Virus record (IMG/VR): IMGVR_UViG_3300024333_000003
From: a virus
Lineage: Duplodnaviria; Heunggongvirae; Uroviricota; Caudoviricetes
DNA: 23,009 bases
Direction: 5' to 3' (one strand)
The notes below the pieces were generated by a model, which had not been told where the DNA came from, did not search any database, and worked only from the letters and a program-made list of their open reading frames with translations. Position numbers and translations under genes: made by a program. Shown piece after piece: positions 1-12,000 of the stretch (positions are counted from its first letter, which is position 1; the number at the start of each line of letters is the position of its first letter).

Positions 1-3000
1 ATGGATCAATAGTCATAGCCAGACCATTATATGTGTAAATCTTTAGGCCATTATAAGTGGCTGTATATTTTTCAAAGTAAACATCAGAAGCACCTACATA
101 GATATTCCCATCTACAAGTAAGTTGTTATCAGCTACATCTGATGTACCTCCTACATGTAATCCTTTACTAATGGATAATGAATTTGTGTTTCCAGTAAGT
201 ACATTAGTATTGGGTAAAGTTATAGTTCCTGTAAAGTTCGCAGAACTTGAAATAGTCTGTCCGTTAATAGTGCTTGCTACTGCTAAAGTGCCAGTAAAAC
301 TGGCAGAACTTGAAATAGTTTGTCCATTTACTGTTCCACATTGAAATGCTGCTGCCGTCTTTAATACCGCTGCACTATCTCTATATAGCCAAACGTCGAT
401 AGGATCACCAGTACCTTCACCAAATCCTATTCCCTTTTTATTAAAAGAAGGGCCAGCATAAATTCCTATGTAGTATAGACAATAGTTAGCATTTTGACTT
501 GTTCCAGAATAAGATATTATATCACCACCACCATAAAGTACCATTAGACATGTATTACTACCATTTAATAAAAAAGTAACATTCTCTGCTGTTACTGAAA
601 CGTCTCCTCCTTGTCCAGTGGAAGATGCATACAAACCTCCAACATTAAGAGTTCCACCAGAAATTGTTCCACCAGAAATTGTTCCACCAGTAATTGTTGC
701 AGTTGAAGTAAAACTGCCTACTAACCGCATCACATTATTAGAAGTATCATAACCTATATAAACAGAACCATCACCTTTACCAACATAAAAATAGGTATTA
801 TTAGCTCCTATAGTTCCCCACGGCATTGTTACATTTCCGGTGGTTTTAGCTGCGGCAAAAACTGGATACGCCTCAGACTCCCAAGATGCACAGAAACCAT
901 ATCCATTTTTCCAATCAGGTGTAGAACCCCAATAGTTTCTGCCCACAAAAGCCCACATCCATTGTGAATTTATATACTTGCCTACATACATAGAAGGATT
1001 GGTTGAATTGGCTAGTAGATTCAAGTATACATTATTTGAGTCATTGTATGTTAGAGCATCAGAACCAATAACCCAACTCGCTATTCGTGCCGTGAGTACT
1101 CCTGTAGATAAATTTTTAGAGAATTGAACATAGGGAGTGCTGGTATAATCTGGAGATAATGAGAATCCAAATTCATTCTGCCAATCACTGCTATAATACA
1201 GAAGCCCTACATTAACACCTATCTTAGAACTTGTATTCCTCATAAACAACGATGAAGCTACTGAGTTAGCAATAGAATATAATGTAGAGTAATTATCACC
1301 TGATGTTTTATATAAAGCAGAATCTGTAAAATTCCAACCGGCAATCTGATACTGACGAGTTGTCATTTCAAATACTGGGGCTGTATTATAGTCGGCAGCT
1401 AAAGTAAATCCAAATTCATCACGCATACTTGATTCACGATAAACATTTCCAATACAAATAAACGGACCTGATGAACCGCCACGCATAATAATTGAAGGCT
1501 TAGTATAAGCGCCGCTGAATTGGGTCGCATCCGAGAGAATATAAACATAATCTTGACCGTGATCATGCCACAAAGCTTTATTATTAAATCGCCAGCCCGC
1601 AATATGCGCTCTAAATGAAGAACTATTATCATTCTTATCACACGATATCTCAAATAAGTTGCCAAGATTCCATTGAACAAATTGAATCCCATAACGTACA
1701 TTATTTCCTGTTGCCGTCCATTTAGATACCCCACTCCAAGTGCCTCCGGGATCAACATCTGCTACCCGTCCAACAAATAATTTAAAAGTATCAGAACCGC
1801 CATTATGATTACCTATTGTCAAACCCGCCGTATAATCTCTCGCTGCATAATCTTCAAATCTACCTGCTTTTGAAGCTAAACGAACTCCAGTTCCTTGCCA
1901 GTATTTTTCATCTACTGCATCAGATAAGGAATCTTTAGCAAAAACCGTAGGGTCGAAAGACCAACCGGCAATATGACTTGTATTAGTGGCATCAGCAGTT
2001 AAGAAAAACAATTCATTTCCAGAAGCATCATAAGCATTTATACCAAATTTGGTAGACCAACCCCATGCTGTTGTTAATATTCGACCAACCGTTATTCGAG
2101 CAACACTTGTTGTTGAATAAGCAGCACCGTTAACAATAGTTAAAGCAGCGCCACCAGCATCTTGATAAAGTGCCACAGATTGTGTTCGACTATCACCAGC
2201 ATTTTTATAAAAAGCGTATTGATTTATTCCCCAATTGGCAATATGAGCTGTTCCACCGGAATCAACACGCATTATAGATGTTCCAGATGAATTTAATAGC
2301 TCAAAACCAACAACATCACTACCAGAATCAAAAGCTTTAAGAGAACCAAGACGTAAATTCCATCTTGATCCATCATGAAATCCTAAATAGGTTATAGTTC
2401 CAATAACGCCCATCTCCATCAGAACGCCAGAAGAACCTCTTAGCCAAAAAATTGGTCTTGATCCATTATCCCAAAATCCGAATCCGGCAGAGTTATTAGC
2501 TTCTCCTATACCGGCACTAAGATAATTACCTATTTGAAGAATAGACCCTAATGTCATTCTATTTGCATCAAAACTAAATCCAGAAATTGTTGCTGTCCCA
2601 CTTGTAGGTAAATAGAAATTTTTTGTTGTTCCAGAACCAGTATATCCAGATATGCCGGATGAATTAATAACAACGGCTTGATAACCATCAACGGTATAAC
2701 GTCCAATGTATGTTCCTGCTGCTGCAATAGCTGTTGATGTTCCAGCATCAAGAACTCTCATCCCAGCAGAAGATAGAGATATTGTTGGATTTTGAATACT
2801 TCCACCAAATCCTCCTGCTATTGCCCACATACCGTAACCTGACCCAGTATTACTTCCATCTGTTTTTTGATAAACAGTAGTTATACTACCGCTTTCAACT
2901 TGCAATCCCCAGAAGGCAAGTTTCTTAGTTGCTCCACCACTATGACGCAATACCCAGTCCATCCCCGACTGATAACCAGTAAAACTTGTTCTTACAACAC

Positions 3001-6000
3001 TTAATCGTGTCCAAGTATCAGCGTAGATAGTTCCAAACACTCCCCAAATATCGCTATTAACTGTACCGTTTGTATCAGTCCAAACCCAAACCGATGTAGT
3101 GTATGTTCCACTGGATAACGCTCCGGTCAAATTCAGATAATACCATAAATCAGTTGCATCATCAGATTTATGATATAATACTGTACTTCCATCTGGCGCA
3201 GTTACATTACCAGTAATATCTGTACCGACACCACCACCAGATCGCCCATAAAAACAATCATCGGATACACCTGTAAGTAAGTTAGTATGTATCTTACCAA
3301 CGTAGAAAGTATTACCTATGGTAGAACCTCCACCTACAGCAAGTGTTCCAACAATATTTGCATTACCTTCCGCATACAAATCTCTTGTATAAACTCCAAA
3401 CGTGCTTGATGCTAATGCTCCATATGTTAGTGTATTGACTCCACTTAAATCGCCAATTTGAGAACGAGTTATTAAATCGGTCTGTGGAGCAGTCGTCCAT
3501 GTCGCTATGCGATCATACGGACGATTACCTACTTCATTCAGCGCACATCTTTCTAAAATACCGTTCCCCGATACTCCATAGTCTAAAGCAATAGTTCCTT
3601 TTGTATAAGTAGTAGATGTACCAGACTGTTTTGTATATGTGTAACGCTGATATTTATTTGTGGTATCTCTATCATAATATGTTACAGTCAACCACGCTTC
3701 AGTAATATCCAAATGAAACGCGCCCATCGAAATATTCTTAATGCGAACATAATCTCCGTCAGCAAAAACCTGACCTGTATAGCCAGTGATTTCTTCTACA
3801 TACAAATAAGTATCAGTACCACATACAAAATCTTGATATAATTTAGCAGCAGATTTACAAATAATTTGTCCACCAACTAATGCTTGTTCAATATCAGTAA
3901 TAAATGATTTTGCATGCATCTCATTGACAGTTAGTTTTCCAAACACAGAGCCAACTTGTGTTAAATAATATCCAGTATATGGATCACTTACAGAATAGGT
4001 AGTTGAATAGATAGCTTTTGCGTTTGCCATTATTACATTGCCAGCAAATGTAGCAGAGTCGTCACTTTCTAAAATACGTAGTGCTTCAACACCGGCAACT
4101 GTAACAGCAAATCTTGCCCCTCCACTTGTTTCTCTTGATATATACGTATTTGTCCCAACACCAAGCATGTATCCTTTACCCGTAGCAATAGTCACATTTC
4201 CATTGGACAAAGTAAGATTACTTGGAACTACCACATTCCCAGAATTGTCAATCGTGATTGAATTAGCTAAAGCATAATTATCGCCGCCCAGATACAAATA
4301 GCTGTCTGTACGCTTTAAGACTCCTATAAATGCTGCTGATGTATTTGATTGAGGTGCTATGACACATATATTATTTGGTATAACAATTTCATTACCTTGA
4401 AATTGACCGCTTGTGTAAGAAGTTAAATTAACTCCAATAGCAACGGCTCTTGTTGCTTCACAAGTGCCTAATTGCAATACTCGATAAGCACCACTATAAC
4501 CAAAATAAGAATCTGTTATGTATAATGGTGTTGACCCTATACCAACACCGAGCGTACTCTTATTTAATCTAAGTGCATAGCCAACGCCATACGAATAAAA
4601 CCCCAAATCATTTGTTGTCTCAATTAAATTAACATCCCAAACCACTGAATCAGATCGTTTTATCCTAAATGGTGTCTGACTTCCAGCAGCAGTAATATTT
4701 ACAATTAGTCCATAATAATCATAATTGGTTGTTATATAACCATTCGTTAAAGTAATGTTATTTGCAAATGTAACAGCGTTAGTAGTCTTATCAAAAATTA
4801 CTGTATTTGTACCACTTTCGTTGTAAATATACAAATTACTATTACTAAGCTCTCTTTGACCAACAAACCATTCTCCGGCTCCATTAGTTCGATAAGATAG
4901 TCCGAGATAGTTTGTGTTTGCAGGACGATTTAAAACAAAATATTTATTGGTAATTGGCTGTAAATATATGTTCTCCTTGAACATCCAAGAACTATTGCTA
5001 ATGTGAGCTGAATAGCCATAACTTGTATGCTCAACATAATATTCACCAACGGGAGTAGTTTTGGAATTATTAATAGTTGGATTTACTGTAAAACAATTTA
5101 ATAACCTCCAATTTATATTTACTCCGTAAGTTACTGGATTTAGTTTAACGTAAACAGACTTTGCTCCTCCATTTACTCCCTCCAAACGCACAGCCAACAG
5201 TCGAGGATTGTAAGAATGATGCTCAATTTCCAACATAGGAGAATACGAATCAGGAGTATAATATGTTGTCATTACTTTTATTTCAAAAGGCTGCTCATTG
5301 TCTGTAGAACTAATATATCCTTTAACAGTAGCATAACCATATTCACCTCCAAATGTGAATAATTTTAGCCAGACAGGATCGCTACCCGCTTCCCAACTTT
5401 CTGTGTAAGTCGTTGAATTGTACATTCCGTTGCTTATTACAGCATTAGCAAATGTAGCTACATGATCAGCTCCAAGCGTTAATGTTAAAGCATCATCAGA
5501 GCCGTAAAATGCCGACCAGCCATCATCGCGCACAAGAAATCGTGTACTTCCACTTGAGTTGGATGCTTCAAAACTGTATGTACTCGAACTTGTTCCAGTA
5601 CCACGAACAGATAATCTACCATTACCTATTACTGGAATGCCTACAAATCCATTTTTATCTATTAACAATCTTACTAAATCAGGCGCACTTAATCCTTGTG
5701 ATGATTCTGTCCTGATTGCGAAATCACCATAAGCGTATTGATCGTTACCTAACCACCAACGTCTTGAGTCAGATGCTCCAGATTTATAATCCCAAGCCAC
5801 ATATTTACCATCTGTAGCGCTTGGTAATGTTATAGATGTAAATGGAGTTGCTGTTTCAACACCGATATAACCATTGCGCTGGGTTATTCCAGCGTGCCAA
5901 GAGCTACCATACCAATCATATAGCGTCCATGCAGAATTACTTAGAGGATTAAGGGCGAATGCTGGGGTAGAAGAATTATAAGCTACCCCCAATCCTGTAG

Positions 6001-9000
6001 ATTGCGAACCTGCTACAATTGTAAATCGTGAAGTATAATATCCATTTATGGTTGGATCATTCCCTCCAACAACCACAGATCCAATTGAAGAAGCCAAAAC
6101 TACAGCACCCTGAGAAGAAGGATTGCCTGTAGTCGTCGTACCATCAGCAAAACTCGGTGTTATAAAATTACCTAAATGAACAGCAGTACTTGTAAAATCA
6201 TATGAAACTGTTAATTTAGACCCAGAATCAAATAAACCATTATTCTGGTAAACCTTAACCTTCATCACTAAGGTTGATGAAGAAGCGGTATCAACATCTA
6301 AAGTGATCGAATTAGATACCCCTTCTTCATAATCCGACGCAATATACGCCGTCATATTATATTCACCACCTGCATACCAATCTCTTACTCTTACAGTATA
6401 TCTGCGAACCAAAAAAACAGGATTGGCATTACCTGTCTCCATTCCAGAAAAAACTAAAGTAACTGTTCCAAATAAAACCCCAGACTTGTATCCTGTATCT
6501 GGATTAGTAAACTGGAGAACTTTGCGAATTTGGGAATCCTCTGTATAGCTAAAAACTTGAGAACCAGAAAAACGCTTACTTAATGAAGGCGTACCAGAAA
6601 CAAACTCAATACTACCGATATTGCTCAAATCAATAACAGTTTCAGAACCAGAAGTATTTCTTGTAGCCCATGTAACCCAATCTGATTCGGCTTTATTTAG
6701 AACTCTTATATTACTTTGATGGAGTAAGACCCCCGAAGTTCTTAGATCTCCTATCGTTATCCAACTACCAAAAAGATACCCACCATAACCGCTGCCTTGA
6801 TTACAACGGACACTCCAACCACTCTGATCGTTTAACAAACCAATTCCAGAAGAATCCCAATATAAATATCCTTTAATAGTGCTATCGTGATTCGTCCTCA
6901 TTCTAATACCGCCAGAAGTAGGACTTCCTCCAGAAGAAATGTTCCAAAAGTTTAGACCGTCACAATACCAATGCGTAGTTTGAACTTCATTATATAATCC
7001 TGTTTTATTAGTCGTAACGTAAAACCAGTCGTCGGTAGAAACTATACTTGTAAAATAGGCCCGCATACTTTCATGAACATAAAATGGTCGCTGCCAACTA
7101 CCTCCAACAGCACGACGGTAAAGATTCATTTTATCACCACTTACGTGCCACATCCAACCAACGTTAGACTGATCTGTTTCACAGAATGCTAATGTAGGCG
7201 CGTCACCTACAAGTTTAATTCCTCCACCCCAACCTTCAGGATTTGAACTGGTATCAAACCAATTTTGATATATCTGCAATTTGCTATTATAGTCAGTGGC
7301 AAGATTACCACCAAGAATAATAGAACCTCCAGAAGTGGCATTTAATATTAATGGCAAAGTTGAATAAGAGGCGAGTTCGGCGTACTTAAATGTCTTACCA
7401 GCATTGGTAATATAAATATTAAAATTCATATCGACGCCATTTGTTATATCAACTAATCTGTTAGCACTTGACCCCTCAGTCGTATCAAATATACTCAAAC
7501 TCGAATATCCGGCATTTGCAAAAACACCTTGCTTGCTAATTGATACTTCACCATAATGGTTAATCTGCATGTGAGCTATAGCACCAACAGCCCAATTATT
7601 CGATGTGGCAAAATACATCTTGCTACCATAAGTACCACTTGATTGCACATATATACCGGCATGTGTTTTGTCAGCGTAACTGGGATTCGGAATACCCCAA
7701 GTTATACCTTGTGAATAATCATAATAGCTGACATCATTAGTAGGCTCAAAATGCAATCCACATTGCGAAGTCAATCCGGGAGTGGGATAACTAATATTAA
7801 TTGGAACTTTATCAATTGTAATATTACCGCTACTCGTTATAGCACCAGAATTAATTGTTGATGCAAATGTAGCATTGCGTGACGTATCAAAACTTAATGC
7901 TGCTGCCCCCTCATAATACAGACGAAAAGTATCACCTGTTATTTCGATATAAGCCGACCTGGCAGTTGAACCAGTTTTATTGAAGTAAACGTACGGATTA
8001 GATGCATTTTGTGTAATTAATACAGATCCCTGTATTGTGCCCAAATTAGAAAAATTACCTGTTGTAATATCCCAATAACTTAACCAATAGCTATTTGAAT
8101 GATTATAAAAGCCAATTAGACTTGATGTAGATGTCCCTGAATTTATTATATCTACTTGCTTTCCATCTGTGTTTGATGCAGTAAAACGCAGATAACGATT
8201 ATCAACAGAGTTGTCTTTAACAATTTCAATTCCTGGACTTGTTGAAGTAGTAACAGTGAGTTTCCCACTACTCATTATAGCACCTACTGTAAAGCTACCA
8301 GTACCTATACTAAAGTTTGCTCCTAAAGTAGGAGCCGTTTGTGAGCCCTTAGCAACATGTGCTCTGGTTCCTAACGCCCATTTGGTATTAGTAGTATCCC
8401 AGTATATTAATCTATTTGTTCCGCCGGTTCCACTATCGATTTCGAATCCAGCATAATTAGGAATTGCTGCGTCATTATTAACTACTTGAAATGGATTAGC
8501 AATGATAACTGTACCATAATTAGTCCAGGTTCCATATGAAATAAATGAATTATAAACGGTCAGTGAGTCTATTTCGGCGGTAAATCCTTTTAATTCCGCC
8601 ACACCAGACCCAAATTTTAAATACTGACTTTCACTATTTACTACATATAATCCTTTAGCGTTTAATTCAGAAAATGGTGTAGTCGATTTAATTTCGATAT
8701 CATCTATATACAAACCTACTTGATTATTACCAGATATCGTTATTGTTATATCGCTATCAGTTTGCGGTGTAAAAGTCGCTACAAATTCAGACCAGTCATA
8801 AAGACCGCCCTGACCAGAATCATAATTTAAAAGTTCATGTTCAGTATCATCATAATTTGCATATACTCCTACAGTGCCTTCCATAGGCCAATACCAAAGT
8901 GTAATTGAAGTAGAATGTCCTGGAACGGCTGCACCAAGATTTTTTGAGGTCCAACACATCCAATCACGTTCAGACGCACCTGTTCCCAAAAAACTATAAG

Positions 9001-12000
9001 TGCCGGTATGTGCTTTAGATGTAGATCGAGCAAATCCAGTACTTGTACTCCAACCATTTGCACTAGATTCAAAATCAGTAGTATCTAATCCACTGGAAGT
9101 AATTGAGCGCCATGATGTATTTCCAGTCATATATGTGATTGGTATACTATTAATATCGTTTATATACAAACCATAACTATCAATAAGTACTTTAGCTGTA
9201 GCATAACTTGTACCGCCAAATCCTCCTACTGTTCCCCATAGTCCGTATGTGTTAGTTGTTAAATATCCTAAACGTGCTTTCTCTGAAGAACTGTATTCGG
9301 CCATTACATAAGGATGACTATCAGCTACACTCATAATAACACCGGTACCAGAACTAATATTTTCAATTGTATTAGCATTGATTGTCCAGCCACCGACAGT
9401 TATAACTCCAGCAGATGTCCATGCGATATTACTACTTGCCAAATATCCAGAACCATTTGTTGCTAATGAAATACGAGTATAATCATTTCCACCAGAACGA
9501 TAAAGCAGTCGAACACCGTTTGTTGAATCTACAGTAACAAATGAGTATGAATTGGCGTATTTACCGGCAGCGAAGCCATAAACGTTTGACGAATAACCGT
9601 ATATGCCATTTAAATTACCAATTGCCCAATGTTCAGTCCAAGCATTATAAGTTACATCATTATCACGGACATTTCCAACGATCGTAGGTCCATATTGTGC
9701 CGCACTTTTAACACTACGCAACGAATATAAATCGATAAAACCATCTCCTGTGACCCCAGTATTAAATATTGCGTCGCCGGCGTACCATGCATGAGCTGCA
9801 TGTTCTTCGATGTTTCTATCCACTACGTATGTGTAAGGTCCTACTCCTGATGGACCGGATTCAATTTTCATAAATTCAATTACTGCATTTGCTTCTAAAT
9901 ATACAATATCACCAACAACCAAATTATTATGTTTTGTATATATTGTAGTGGCAGATTCGCTTGCAGCCAAATCCGACGTTAGTACTGTGGTAGGTCCTAC
10001 CAATACGCGGCCGCCAATTGTTGCTAATGTATCTTGTGCTACTAATGTCTCAACTATAAGTTCAGCGGCATGTAAGGTAAGATATTTTTTACTTAATGAA
10101 CCAAGATTTAAATCGTAATTACTTGCGGGTAAAATATCATTTCCGGTAGGATCAAGTATTATATCTCCGCCAGGAGCGATGTTTAAATTTACCCCTGTGT
10201 CTGTATAAAGATTACCACCCTTAACATATAAATTACCAGTTAATGAGGCACCAGCGCTAAATTCTACTAATCCAGAACTACCGGTTAATGTATTCGAGTT
10301 GGGCAATGTTAATGTGCTGCTTAGTGTTAAGGCGTCTGAAATCGTTTGTCCACCACGTCCGGCAAGATACAAATATTGTGTATGATCATCACCTGTTGTT
10401 AAATTCGATAATGCGTGGTGATCTGTAGCTATATAATTCGATGTCGGCAACGGAGTAACTGCGCGGTAATCTGCCGCTTCGATATACGTTGGAGGGCTTC
10501 CAGTATTACGATAAATTATTCGATACAATAATTTCATCTCTGCTACCGGTAATGTATCGTATATTAGATTTTCGGGAACATTGTTTGCGCGTGCATTTGC
10601 TATATTAGCATCGACTCTTTGTCCCATCAACACCATAATAGGATAAGATGTATTATTCGACGCAAATACCCAGTAGGCCACATAATTATTCGCCGGCACA
10701 GCTGTTAGTGTTGTGCTATTATTATATTGAATATTACTACTTACTTCATAATAAGGAACGGCCGATCCTGCTATTGACTTGTAGGCTGAGGATCCATCGT
10801 GATATAATACCATACATGAAGTTTGTTGCGTAATTTCATGTTCAATATCTTCATCATATATTTCTCCCGCAGCAATCGTAATACTGCTATTACCAAATGT
10901 ACCTGCTAAACCAGATGCATAACGAGTTCCTACAGTTTCATGTAAGTATTCATGCGTCCATTGATCGCGCCCCATCCAGTGACGTTCGTCTGAAAGTATT
11001 CCTACACCAGTAGTTGAATTCCAATAAACACCGGCTACTAAGCATTGATCGAAACCAGGATATGAACTGCTTGCAGTTAATGTGGGTACATTATCAACTA
11101 AACTATAATATATCCAGTAAAAATTAGTTGAATCTGTAATTGTTACATATGATGTATTTAATGTATATTCAGAACCGTTCAGATAAACTTTAAAATTTGT
11201 ACCTGTAATAGTCATACGACGGTTTGTATTATTAAATGACAATGCTGTATCAGCACGATTTGGAAATCCTGTATAGTGCTTAGTCGTTGTAAACAATGTA
11301 GGTAGTTTTACTGATGTGCCTAATGTTAACGCAACAAAAGTCGGTGAACTAGATGATAATACCGGATTCGCGCCTTCGACTACTGATACATTATTTATTT
11401 TGTAAGTTTTGCCTGATGCGAGATTCCAGTGTTCAGTTGATGTCCAATTAGTGTTTGACAGATCCCATAAGATAGTCTTATCAGTAGTGCCCTTCAAAAT
11501 AATACCACCACCGTCTGCCAATGCATCGGTTGGATTTGTACTAACAGCCATTGAAATTTGCTTGTCGGCTACTTTAAGAACTGAAATATCTACTTCATCA
11601 ATATCCCCAGTTAAATATATATTTCCGGCAATGTATATATCTCTTCCAATATGTACATCACGTGGTCGTCCGGTGTTTATACTTCCAATATCATATGTCG
11701 CGTCAGTCTCATAATTGAAACTTGCCCCACCGTGCAATATTACTCCGTTTTTAGTTATTCCGGTCTGCCCACCTGCACCAGTTCCAGTTCGTTTTGCAAC
11801 TATCCACGCTGAATCTCCAGATGAATATGTTAGTAATTGATTATCACCGCTAGTGTTATCTACTTCAATTCCACCATAACTTGGTAATGCGGCATTATAA
11901 TTCAAGACCTGTATCGGAGCTGAAATAACTACTGAACCATATTGATGCCAAGTACCATACTGATTAAAATTACCATAGATGGTTAAGTCTTCTACTTCAA

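Noticed and set aside
224-695. Short direct repeats as a CRISPR array or regulatory repeats
   Set aside because: They have only 2-3 units, unit lengths are multiples of 3, there are no unique spacers of CRISPR type, and they are fully explained as coding repeats.
1-700. Possible diversity-generating retroelement target region or invertible fibre cassette at the distal fibre end
   Set aside because: No template/variable repeat pair differing at adenines, no reverse transcriptase or invertase, and no flanking inverted repeats are visible. The true C-terminus is outside the window, so this cannot be assessed here.
1399-9072. Short minus-strand ORFs 1399-1758, 2554-2751 and 8869-9072
   Set aside because: They are out-of-frame ORFs nested inside the giant ORF. 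They appear in the track only because the real frame lacks a stop in the window, and their sequences are not protein-like.
191-10320. Short motif TLPN(S/T)N(T/V)LTG occurring twice (10281-10320 and 191-226)
   Set aside because: It is a real echo but only about 12 aa long. It is consistent with a generic fibre shaft motif and too short to support a separate claim.
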